Of a stretch of 64,000 bases of DNA, positions 37,179 through 45,003 are shown in pieces. How positions within the stretch are numbered: the first letter of the stretch is position 1; every line of letters starts with the position of its first letter. A program made the translations under genes and the position numbers. The DNA comes from Longimicrobiales bacterium. GTDB lineage: Bacteria > Gemmatimonadota > Gemmatimonadetes > Longimicrobiales > Gaopeijiaceae. Where the stretch lies: positions 3,040,001 to 3,104,000 of the forward strand of contig CBDFIQ010000002.1 in the NCBI GenBank assembly GCA_965248195.1, read 5' to 3'. A model generated the notes under the pieces. That model saw only the letters and a list, made by a program, of their open reading frames with translations, was not told where the DNA came from and searched no databases.

Positions 37179-37383
37179 ATCCCTCCTCTCAGCGGTTGCG
37201 TCCTTCTCCTAGCCGACATTCCCCGTCCTCCTAGCCGGTGGGAATCCGACACAGATGTAACGCACTCAGACTCGAAAAGCGATCGGCACGCGGACCTCGA
37301 CCTGGGCGGTGCTTACCGTGCGGATCTAGACGGACGCATCGAGTGGGAGTACCATGCAGTCAACCGCTACCGAAAGGAAGACC

Positions 37384-39084
37384 ATGCTGAACTCCATCGC
37401 TGACCTGCGGCTCACGGGCCTCATCGTACTGCTCCCCACCCTCTTCCTCGGTCTGGTCATTCAACGGGCCGAGGCACAGGACAAGGAGGCATTCCCCTAC
37501 GAGACACTGCGTTCCCCAGTCATGGGTCTCCGAGGGGTCGTGGCCACGAGCCAACCGCTCGCCTCGAACGCCGGACTCGACATCCTGAAGAAGGGCGGCA
37601 ACGCGATCGACGCCGCCGTCGCTACCGCCGCCGTACTGACCCTCGTCGAGCCCGGGAGCACGAGCCTCGGCGGCGACGCGTTCATCATGATCTACATCGC
37701 CGCGGAGAAGAAGTTGGTCGGAATCAACGCGAGCGGGCGGGCTCCGTACTCGATGACGCTCGACGCCCTGAAAGTGAAGCTGGACGAACACGGGATGGAT
37801 CGGATCAGCGGCATCTACTCCGTCTCGGTGCCCGGTGCGGTCGACGGATGGTTCGAGGTGCTCGAGAAATACGGGACGATGACCATGGCCGAGGTCCTAG
37901 AGCCCGCGATCTACTATGCTGAGAATGGCTTTCCCGTGTCGCCCATCATCGCCAACGCCTGGCTTGGGCTTGAGCGAAATCAAGAGCCGTCGACGAGGGC
38001 CGCTCTGCTCCTCAACGGCGACCGTGCACCCAGGGCCGGCGATGTGTTCCGCAACCCGGATCTGGCCAACAGTTTCAGGTTGATTGCCGAACATGGCAGA
38101 GACGCCTTTTACAAGGGACCCATCGCTGAAGCGATCGTGGCGTACTCCGACCAGCACGACGGCTTCCTCACCATGAAGGACTTCGCGGATCACACCTCGA
38201 CGTGGGTCGAGCCGATCTTCGCCGACTACGGGGACTACAGGCTCTACGAGCTACCGCCCAACGGCCAAGGCATCGCCGCGCTCGAGATGATCAAGATCCT
38301 CGGCAACGTCGACCTCGGTGCGATGGGCCACAACTCCGCGGAGTACCTCCATCACATCATCGAGGCCAAGAAGCTCGCCTACGCAGACATCCAGAAGTGG
38401 AATGGGGATCCGGAGTTCAACCATCTCCCGATCCAGGAGATGATCTCTACCGAATACGCTCGGCGGCAGTTCGAGCGCATCGACCCGAAAAGGGCCATGG
38501 AACGTCCCGAGTCGGGCATCGACGGCAACGGAGACACGATACTCCTGGAAGTCATGGACAAGGATCACAACTCCGTCTCATTCATCTACAGCATCTTCGG
38601 CGGCTTCGGCTCCGGCCTCGTCGCTCCGACAACCGGCTTCCCGCTGCAGAACCGGGCCGCACTCTTCTCGCTGGAGCCGGGCCATATCAACGTCGTGGAG
38701 CCGCACAAGCGCCCCTTCCACACGATCATCCCGGCGATGGCGTTCAAGGACGGAGAGTTCTTCATGGGGTTCGGGGCCATGGGCGGCTCCGTCCAGCCCC
38801 AACAGCACGTGCAGATCTTCCTGAACGTCGTCGAATTCGGAATGAACGCGCAGCAAGCCGTCGAGATCCCTCGGATCAATCACAACAGCGGGTTCAGCGT
38901 GACCGTCGAGCCCGGCATCGACGAGGCGGCATTGGCCCAGCTCGAGGCAATGGGTCACGAGATCCAACGGAGAACGACGCGCGGAGGTGTGGGAGGCGCT
39001 CAGCTGATCATGTTCGATCCGCTCACCGGTACGATGATCGGCGGGTCGACACCGCACAAGGACGGGATGGCGGTGGCGTACTAG
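37384..39084 (+). CDS. ggt: Gamma-glutamyltransferase family protein
   Basis: VATSQPLA, GGNAIDAA, VPGAVDGW, LPPNGQG, GDT (nucleophile Thr), KRPFHTIIP, MGG..QPQ. Confidence 0.93.
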   Translation: MLNSIADLRLTGLIVLLPTLFLGLVIQRAEAQDKEAFPYETLRSPVMGLRGVVATSQPLASNAGLDILKKGGNAIDAAVATAAVLTLVEPGSTSLGGDAFIMIYIAAEKKLVGINASGRAPYSMTLDALKVKLDEHGMDRISGIYSVSVPGAVDGWFEVLEKYGTMTMAEVLEPAIYYAENGFPVSPIIANAWLGLERNQEPSTRAALLLNGDRAPRAGDVFRNPDLANSFRLIAEHGRDAFYKGPIAEAIVAYSDQHDGFLTMKDFADHTSTWVEPIFADYGDYRLYELPPNGQGIAALEMIKILGNVDLGAMGHNSAEYLHHIIEAKKLAYADIQKWNGDPEFNHLPIQEMISTEYARRQFERIDPKRAMERPESGIDGNGDTILLEVMDKDHNSVSFIYSIFGGFGSGLVAPTTGFPLQNRAALFSLEPGHINVVEPHKRPFHTIIPAMAFKDGEFFMGFGAMGGSVQPQQHVQIFLNVVEFGMNAQQAVEIPRINHNSGFSVTVEPGIDEAALAQLEAMGHEIQRRTTRGGVGGAQLIMFDPLTGTMIGGSTPHKDGMAVAY

Positions 39085-39100
39085 GCGGCCGGCCGTCGGG

Positions 39101-39616
39101 TCAGACGGTAGGAGGCTCGGGCATCTGCCAGGTATTACTCTGTCCCAGGCCCAGCGCTTTCTTCAACTGCACGATCTGCCCCAGGTGGTACGCGTTGTGA
39201 TCTGCCAGAATCAACGCCTCGCGGAGCAACGTGTGGCCCTCCTCGCTCCACGGGAACGCCTCGAAGAGGTCTCGTGAGGGATCGGACACGAGGTCGACCA
39301 TCTTCTGAAGGCCGTTTTTGAAGGCCATCACGCTCGCCTCCCACGCTTCCTCGTCCTCGGGCACGTCCGACTCGGGCCAGTATCCGTCCGGAAAGTCCGC
39401 CGAGATATGGTTTGGATCTCGGCTGTACTCCGCCAGGTCGTCCTGGCAGATCCGAAGGTGCTCCAGAAGCTGCCAGATCGTGTGTGGGTGGCTGAGTAGC
39501 CGGGCGCCACGCTGGTCGGGGGGTACACCGGCGATGCCGTCTTCCGCCGTGACGTGCGCCCATGCGCTCGTGAGGAGCCTCACCAGATGATCGCGAAGGG
39601 CCGTGTCGGTGCTCAT
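39101..39616 (-). CDS. DinB family protein
   Basis: AHVT, HTIWQLLEHLRICQ, PDGYWP, LREALILADHNAYHLGQ. Confidence 0.9.
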   Translation of the reverse strand: MSTDTALRDHLVRLLTSAWAHVTAEDGIAGVPPDQRGARLLSHPHTIWQLLEHLRICQDDLAEYSRDPNHISADFPDGYWPESDVPEDEEAWEASVMAFKNGLQKMVDLVSDPSRDLFEAFPWSEEGHTLLREALILADHNAYHLGQIVQLKKALGLGQSNTWQMPEPPTV

Positions 39617-39743
39617 GGTCGCCTGGACGCGAACTTCTCCGAATCGGTGTCGAAATACACGGCACCGCGGTAGCTGGGTGTAAGTCGCCACGCCGTGGGA
39701 AGCTGCGAAGGTACTAGAGAACGCAGAGACGTTCCAGAGACGC

Positions 39744-39780
39744 TTGCCACCCCACACGCCCTAGACGCATCTTGTCGGCC
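39744..39780 (+). promoter_or_regulatory. Promoter module copy 5 (TTGCCA-N18-CATCTT-N7-ATG)
   Basis: Spacer CCCCACACGCCCTAGACG homologous to copies at 26302 and 42297. Confidence 0.65.
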
Positions 39781-39861
39781 ATGTCTGACGATCCCCGCAA
39801 GCGCTTCATCCGTGAGATTCACCGGGGGTCGCGTCAGACTCTACGGCAGGCAGGAGCCTAA
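39781..39861 (+). pseudogene. 26-aa stub MSDDPRKRFIREIHRG...
   Basis: Begins at the promoter-module ATG; FIREIHR resembles the FLGEIKRR-type N-terminus of the TPR protein at 46833; stops before the RBS of the next gene. Confidence 0.5.
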
Positions 39862-39878
39862 ACTGATAGGAGGAGAAC

Positions 39879-40802
39879 ATGTTTAGACGGTCTATCCCCC
39901 TCGTCATGTTCGTCGGCGTCGCACTTCTGGTGGTGGGGCCGTCCGCGGCGAACGCCCAGCTCGGGCAAACCAGCTCGTTCCTGGCTCACGTGTCCAACCA
40001 GTATCGTGTGATCCCCAACGTGACGTATCACGTTGCGAGCAACCAAGAGAACAAGCTCGACCTGTACGTCCCGAGGGACGCCACCGGCCCGACACCCGTG
40101 TTGATGTACATCCACGGTGGAGGATGGGTTGGCGGGACGAAGGAGAGCAACGTGCTTCGCATCCTCCCCTATCTCGAGATGGGGTGGGCCGTGGCCAACG
40201 TCGAGTACCGCCTGGGTGCGGTCGCGCGTGCGCCAGCCGCGGTAGAGGACGGTCTGTGTGCTCTGCGTTGGGTCATTCGAAACGCCGGACAGTACAACCT
40301 GGATGCGTCGCGTATCGTGACGACTGGCAACTCGGCAGGAGGCCACCTCGCCCTGACGACCGGGATGATCCCGGCATCGGCGGGTCTAGACCGAGAGTGT
40401 CCCGGCTCCGAAGAGCTGAGCGTCGCAGCGATCATCAACTGGTACGGGATCACCGATGTCGGCGACTTGCTCGACGGTCCCAATACCAAGAGTTACGCGG
40501 TCGAGTGGATGGGCAGCCTGGAGAACCGATTCGAGATCGCCGAACGCGTATCGCCGATGACGTACATCAAGGCGGGCTTGCCACCGACGTTGACGATCCA
40601 CGGTGATGCGGACCCAACCGTTCCGTATCAGCACGCGGTCTCGCTACACGAGAAGCTGGACGAGCTCGGTGTGCCGAACGTGCTACACACAGTGCCCGGT
40701 GGACGTCACGGTGGCTTCAATCGGGAGCAGACGCTGGCGATCTTCGAGACGATTCAGCGTTTCCTGTCGCAGCACGGGCTGGGTGGCGGTATGGCGCCCT
40801 AG
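39879..40802 (+). CDS. Exported alpha/beta hydrolase (BD-FAE/HSL-like)
   Basis: LDLY, IHGGGW, NVEYRL, GNSAGGHL, IHGDADPTVP, GGRHG; RBS AGGAGG. Confidence 0.93.
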   Translation: MFRRSIPLVMFVGVALLVVGPSAANAQLGQTSSFLAHVSNQYRVIPNVTYHVASNQENKLDLYVPRDATGPTPVLMYIHGGGWVGGTKESNVLRILPYLEMGWAVANVEYRLGAVARAPAAVEDGLCALRWVIRNAGQYNLDASRIVTTGNSAGGHLALTTGMIPASAGLDRECPGSEELSVAAIINWYGITDVGDLLDGPNTKSYAVEWMGSLENRFEIAERVSPMTYIKAGLPPTLTIHGDADPTVPYQHAVSLHEKLDELGVPNVLHTVPGGRHGGFNREQTLAIFETIQRFLSQHGLGGGMAP

Positions 40803-40982
40803 GGCCGGGTCATGATCGAGGTCGACGGTCTGGTCTTCGCACGGTCTATGCCTGAGATGAACACACGCTAGAGGCCCCTTTGCAACTTTTCCCCTCCTGG
40901 GTGAGTTAGGGCGATCGAGGGATGCCGGCCAGGAGCGGCCGGCCTCGCCCCTCGATTGTTTCATGTGAGGAGGTGTGAGAAA

Positions 40983-41480
40983 ATGAGGAAGTCGACTATG
41001 GGATGGGTGGTACCCACCCTCGCTTTTATAGCAGTGTTAGTCGTACCCTCGGACGGGCAGAGCCAGGCGTCACAAGCCACTCAGATGGCCGTCGAGCTCG
41101 AGGCCGAAGCATCCAGGCTCCATGATCAACCGGATCGATGGGCGTATGCGGCCGATCTCTACCTGGCCGCCGTCCGGCACAGAGAAGACGGAGATCCCCA
41201 GGCACAAGAGAACCTCTTGCGCGCGGCCAACCTGAGCTACGAAACGGGCGACATGAAAGCTGCGATGGCCGCGTTGGAGTCGGCAGGCTCTCGAGCCTTG
41301 GCGAGCGGAGACGTCGTGCGAGCAGCAGAGATCTTCGCCGATGCAGCTTGGGTCGCACGGAAGGCGGGGCTCGGGATCAAGCTGAGCTTGCTGTCATCCA
41401 GGGTCGGCAGGTTGGCGGACTCGTCGAAGCTTACCAGAGCGGAGAGAAACCAGATTCTGTCGGCGTTTCGAGGGCGCTGA
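40983..41480 (+). CDS. Exported helical hypothetical protein (paralog 1)
   Basis: RBS GAGGAGG, signal peptide, Ala-rich TPR-like helices; paralog of 41695-42192. Confidence 0.85.
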   Translation: MRKSTMGWVVPTLAFIAVLVVPSDGQSQASQATQMAVELEAEASRLHDQPDRWAYAADLYLAAVRHREDGDPQAQENLLRAANLSYETGDMKAAMAALESAGSRALASGDVVRAAEIFADAAWVARKAGLGIKLSLLSSRVGRLADSSKLTRAERNQILSAFRGR

Positions 41481-41544
41481 GATGGCGTTCGCCGAGCTCG
41501 GCCGGGTTCCCCCACTAGAGCTCGTCAGCGGATGAGGTGGGTAT

Positions 41545-41568
41545 GGCTCGGCGGCTAGCCGCCGAGCC
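41545..41568 (+). terminator. Hairpin after paralog 1
   Basis: GGCTCGGCGG-CTAG-CCGCCGAGCC perfect stem. Confidence 0.6.
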
Positions 41569-41593
41569 CCCAACCGCTCTCGTCCCGCCCCTT

Positions 41594-41619
41594 TGCAACC
41601 TTTTCCCCCCAGGGAACGT
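41594..41619 (+). promoter_or_regulatory. Putative ECF-sigma promoter (TGCAAC-N16-CGTC)
   Basis: AAC -35 and CGTC -10 pattern typical of ECF sigma factors; the -35 is conserved in the first unit at 40881. Confidence 0.5.
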
Positions 41620-41694
41620 CTGGGGAATGAGGGATGCGCGCGTCGCAGGGGCCGGCGGCGCCCCTCGGTCGTTTCATTGTGAGGAGGTGGGAGG

Positions 41695-42192
41695 ATGAGG
41701 AAGACGATGGTGGGATGGGTGGTGAGCACCCTCGCTATGACAGCAGTGTTAGCCGTACCCTCGGACGTGCAGAGCCAGTTTTCGCGAGGCGCTCTGAGGG
41801 CCGCCGAGCTCGAGTCCGAAGCATTCAGGCTCCATAATCAACGGGATCGATGGGCGTACGCGGCCGCTCTCTACATGGCCGCTGTCCAGCTCAGAGCAGA
41901 GGACGATCCCAAGGCACAAGAGGACCTCTGGCTCGCTGCGAGCCTGGGTTATGAGACGGGCAACACGGCTGGTCCGTTCGCCGCGTTGGAGTCGGCAGGC
42001 GATCGTGCGTTGGCGAGCGGTGACATCGTGCGAGCAGCAGACATGTTCGCCGATGCAGCTTGGGTCGCACAGAAGGCGGGGCTCGGGATCGACCAGCGCA
42101 GGCTGACAGTCAAGAGCGTTGAATTGGCGGAATCCCCGGAGATCACCAGAGCCGAGAGACGCCAGATTCTGCGGCGGTTTCGAGGACGCTGA
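41695..42192 (+). CDS. Exported helical hypothetical protein (paralog 2)
   Basis: Shares DRWAYAA.LY, AALESAG.RALASGD.VRAA..FADAAWVA.KAGLGI with paralog 1. Confidence 0.85.
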   Translation: MRKTMVGWVVSTLAMTAVLAVPSDVQSQFSRGALRAAELESEAFRLHNQRDRWAYAAALYMAAVQLRAEDDPKAQEDLWLAASLGYETGNTAGPFAALESAGDRALASGDIVRAADMFADAAWVAQKAGLGIDQRRLTVKSVELAESPEITRAERRQILRRFRGR

Positions 42193-42253
42193 GATGGCGT
42201 TCTACGAGTGCGGCCGGATTCCCGGCTAAAACTCGTCATCCGATGAAGTGCGT

Positions 42254-42281
42254 GGGGCTCGGCGGGTGGCCGCCGAGTCCC
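42254..42281 (+). terminator. Hairpin after paralog 2
   Basis: GGGGCTCGGCGG-GTGG-CCGCCGAGTCCC. Confidence 0.6.
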
Positions 42282-42296
42282 CACGGGGAAAGGTGC

Positions 42297-42333
42297 TTGC
42301 CGCTCCACACGCCTTAGACGCATGTTGTCCCTC
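42297..42333 (+). promoter_or_regulatory. Promoter module copy 6 (TTGCCG-N18-CATGTT-N7-ATG)
   Basis: Spacer CTCCACACGCCTTAGACG; ATG TCG GAT (MSD) at 42334 is out of frame with the cupin gene. Confidence 0.65.
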
Positions 42334-42382
42334 ATGTCGGATGCCGGCGGCGAGCGATTCCTCGTGTATCGGAGGTGGTCTC

Positions 42383-42913
42383 ATGCGGTTTTTATGCTCT
42401 CTCACGATTCTTGCGTGTCTCGGAATTGCCACGAGTGTGCTCGCGCAAGATCCTTTCCAAGGTGTCCCGGTCGAACCCCGTCCCTCCGAGTACATCCACT
42501 GGGATGCGGAGGCGTTTGCGGAGCTTCAAAGCCAGCTCGAGCAAGAATTGCGTGACGGCAGCCGGATATGGGGTACGCGGTTCGTCTACACGAGCGCGCT
42601 GCCACGGGCCGATCATCGGCACCACGACGTGCAGATCATCCATCGGTCGGGCTATACCCAACCCGAGATCCACGCCACCAAGTGGGACATCTACGTCATC
42701 TTGGACGGATCAGGAACGGCCCGTATCGGTGGCGAGAGGGTGAATTGGATCGACGGCCGCCCCCCCGAAGAGCAGAGGCCACAACTCAGGGGCGCCCGGG
42801 AATTTCAGGTCACCGAAGGCGACATGCTGCACGTCCCCGCCCGCGTTTGGCACCAGGTGTTGACGGAGGCGGGAGAGTCGATCACGTACGCTCTCATCAA
42901 CGTGATCGAGTGA
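42383..42913 (+). CDS. Exported cupin-domain protein
   Basis: RBS GGAGGT; PEIH...DIYVILDGSG...GDMLHVPARVWHQ. Confidence 0.85.
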   Translation: MRFLCSLTILACLGIATSVLAQDPFQGVPVEPRPSEYIHWDAEAFAELQSQLEQELRDGSRIWGTRFVYTSALPRADHRHHDVQIIHRSGYTQPEIHATKWDIYVILDGSGTARIGGERVNWIDGRPPEEQRPQLRGAREFQVTEGDMLHVPARVWHQVLTEAGESITYALINVIE

Positions 42914-43085
42914 TTGGGCGGTGGGCCCACCTCTGTAAGCTGAGCGTGGTCGGCGTACCCTCTCAGAACGATCGATAGGGTGGACGGCCTCGGGCGGCGA
43001 AGCCTACCTTGCCGCAGAACGGATCATCGAACGACGTCTCGGTCCCCCTGACGAGCGTTCGAGCCTTCCCCAAGTGAGGTATGCA

Positions 43086-43985
43086 ATGCGCACCCTACAG
43101 AGACTCGGCTCGCTAACGGCTCTTGTCGTCCTCGCTTCAATACTCACCCTGGCCGCAGGCCAGCAAGTCCCCACCCTCACGCCCGAGCAGCAGGCGCGGC
43201 TGCAGATTCGGGAAGTGATGGACGGCCTCTACGTCCTCCCCGGGTTCGACGGCGGGCAGTCCGGTGGGAACGTGGCGGTCCGGGTGACCGATGAGGGTGT
43301 CATTATCGTCGACGACAAATTCCCGTACAGCTTCGATTTCATCACCGCGCAGGTCCGCAGTGTCACGGACCAGCCGATCAAGTACGTGCTCAACACCCAC
43401 CACCACGACGACCATTCCGGCAGCAATGCCGACTTCATGCCGTCGGCCGAAGTGATCGTGCACAAGAACGCCCGCGCCAACATCGTCCGGAACAACCAGC
43501 CCGGCGCGCCGCGCCTCATCTTCGCGGACGAAACCGCGGTATTCCTGGGCGGTGCGGAGGTCCAGATGTTTCACTTCGGCCGGGGCCATACCAACGGGGA
43601 TGCCGTAGTCTATTTCCCTGACCTCCGCACCGTCCACACCGGCGATCTCTTCGTCTTTGGCCAGCGTTTGGACGGCAGCACCCTCTCGCCGTTCTGGGAC
43701 TTCGGTAACGGGGGCAGCGTGCTCGAGTGGCCGGCCACGCTGACCCGCCTGCTGGCCCTCGACTTCGACACCGTGATCCCGGGTCACGGGCCGATCCTGA
43801 CCAAGGCAGACGTCAGGACGTTCCGCGGCAAGCTCGAGACCGTGATCGATCGAGTCCGCGCCGAAATCGCGGCAGGCGCGAGGCGAGACGACATCGCCTC
43901 TCGGGTCGACACGGCCGACCTGGACTGGCCGCTCGCGCCGGTGCGTATCCAGAATGTGTTCGACGAGCTGACGGCAGCGCAGTAG
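43086..43985 (+). CDS. MBL-fold metallohydrolase (cyclase-like), exported
   Basis: NTHHHDDHSGSN, GHTNGD, HTGD, IPGHG. Confidence 0.92.
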   Translation: MRTLQRLGSLTALVVLASILTLAAGQQVPTLTPEQQARLQIREVMDGLYVLPGFDGGQSGGNVAVRVTDEGVIIVDDKFPYSFDFITAQVRSVTDQPIKYVLNTHHHDDHSGSNADFMPSAEVIVHKNARANIVRNNQPGAPRLIFADETAVFLGGAEVQMFHFGRGHTNGDAVVYFPDLRTVHTGDLFVFGQRLDGSTLSPFWDFGNGGSVLEWPATLTRLLALDFDTVIPGHGPILTKADVRTFRGKLETVIDRVRAEIAAGARRDDIASRVDTADLDWPLAPVRIQNVFDELTAAQ

Positions 43986-44091
43986 TGCCTGGGGGCGCGA
44001 GTGCGATTACGCTGTCCCTGCGTAATACGAGGTCGTTATCGAAGGGCAATGCTTGAAAAGTAGGCGCCGATAATCGTGGGAGGATTTCTCG

Positions 44092-45000
44092 ATGAATCAG
44101 CAGATCGAATGGCCGGTAAAGACACGAGAGTTCCAGTCAGCCGCTATTGACTCGACCTACTGGAACGATTTCGCGTTCCGCGAGGACGACATCATTATCG
44201 GAACGTACGCCAAGTCGGGCACCACCTGGGTTCAGCAGATCGTCGCCCAGCTCATCTTCAACGGTGAGGAAGGATTGCCGGTAGCCCAGATGTCACCCTG
44301 GCTCGATTTTCGTCTGCCGCCGCTCGAAGAGAAGCTGCCCGGCATCGAGGCCCAGGAACATCAGCGTTTCATAAAAACTCACCTTCCGGTAGACGCGCTG
44401 GTGTTCTCTCCGAAGGCGAAATACCTCTACATCGCTCGCGATGGCCGTGACGTGGTGTGGAGTTTCTACAACCACCACTACTACATGAACGACATTTTTT
44501 ACGACGGCATAAGGGCCCTACGGTATCTCGGCCGCGTGTGGGAGCGGCCGCGCACCAACGACCTCAGAGAATATTTTCTCGACTGGTTCAATAATGAGGG
44601 CTTCCCGCTGTGGCCATTCTGGGAAAACCTTCGCACCTGGTGGGCAATCCGCGACCTTCCCAATGTCTATTTGGTTCACTACCAAAATCTCAAGGACGAC
44701 ATGGAAGGCCAGATGAGGAAGATCGCCGCCTTCCTTGATATTCCCATTGACGAGAGGCGATGGGATACCATGGTCGACCATTGCACCTTCGACTACATGA
44801 AGAACCATGCGCCTTTGAGCACGCCGCTAGAGGGGGTGATCTTCGACGGCGGCGCCAAGGTGTTCATCAACAAGGGTACCAACGGGCGTTGGCGTGATAC
44901 ACTGACCGGGGAAGACGTCGAGGCGTATGAGGGTCGGGCGATCGAAGAGCTCGGCCCCGAGTGCGCGCATTGGCTGGCGACGGGTGAGTTTCTGAAGTAG
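44092..45000 (+). CDS. PAPS-dependent sulfotransferase
   Basis: TYAKSGTTW (5'PSB), IKTHLP, YIARDGRDVVWS (3'PB), FINKGTNGRW. Confidence 0.95.
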   Translation: MNQQIEWPVKTREFQSAAIDSTYWNDFAFREDDIIIGTYAKSGTTWVQQIVAQLIFNGEEGLPVAQMSPWLDFRLPPLEEKLPGIEAQEHQRFIKTHLPVDALVFSPKAKYLYIARDGRDVVWSFYNHHYYMNDIFYDGIRALRYLGRVWERPRTNDLREYFLDWFNNEGFPLWPFWENLRTWWAIRDLPNVYLVHYQNLKDDMEGQMRKIAAFLDIPIDERRWDTMVDHCTFDYMKNHAPLSTPLEGVIFDGGAKVFINKGTNGRWRDTLTGEDVEAYEGRAIEELGPECAHWLATGEFLK

Positions 45001-45003
45001 GGG

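Larger units (their letters stand above)
40874..42283 (+). repeat. Tandem duplication of a ~0.7-kb promoter-gene-terminator unit (about 40874-41572 and 41587-42283)
   Basis: Both units start GCCCCTTTGCAAC, share leader and RBS GAGGAGG, paralogous ORFs, 3' GCTGAGATGGCGTTC and GGCTCGGCGG/CCGCCGAG hairpin. Confidence 0.9.

Noticed and set aside
41478..41540. Fluoride-riboswitch-like GAGATGGCGTTCGCC
   Set aside because: P1 pairing and pseudoknot partner are missing, it lies at a gene 3' end, and no fluoride-related gene follows.
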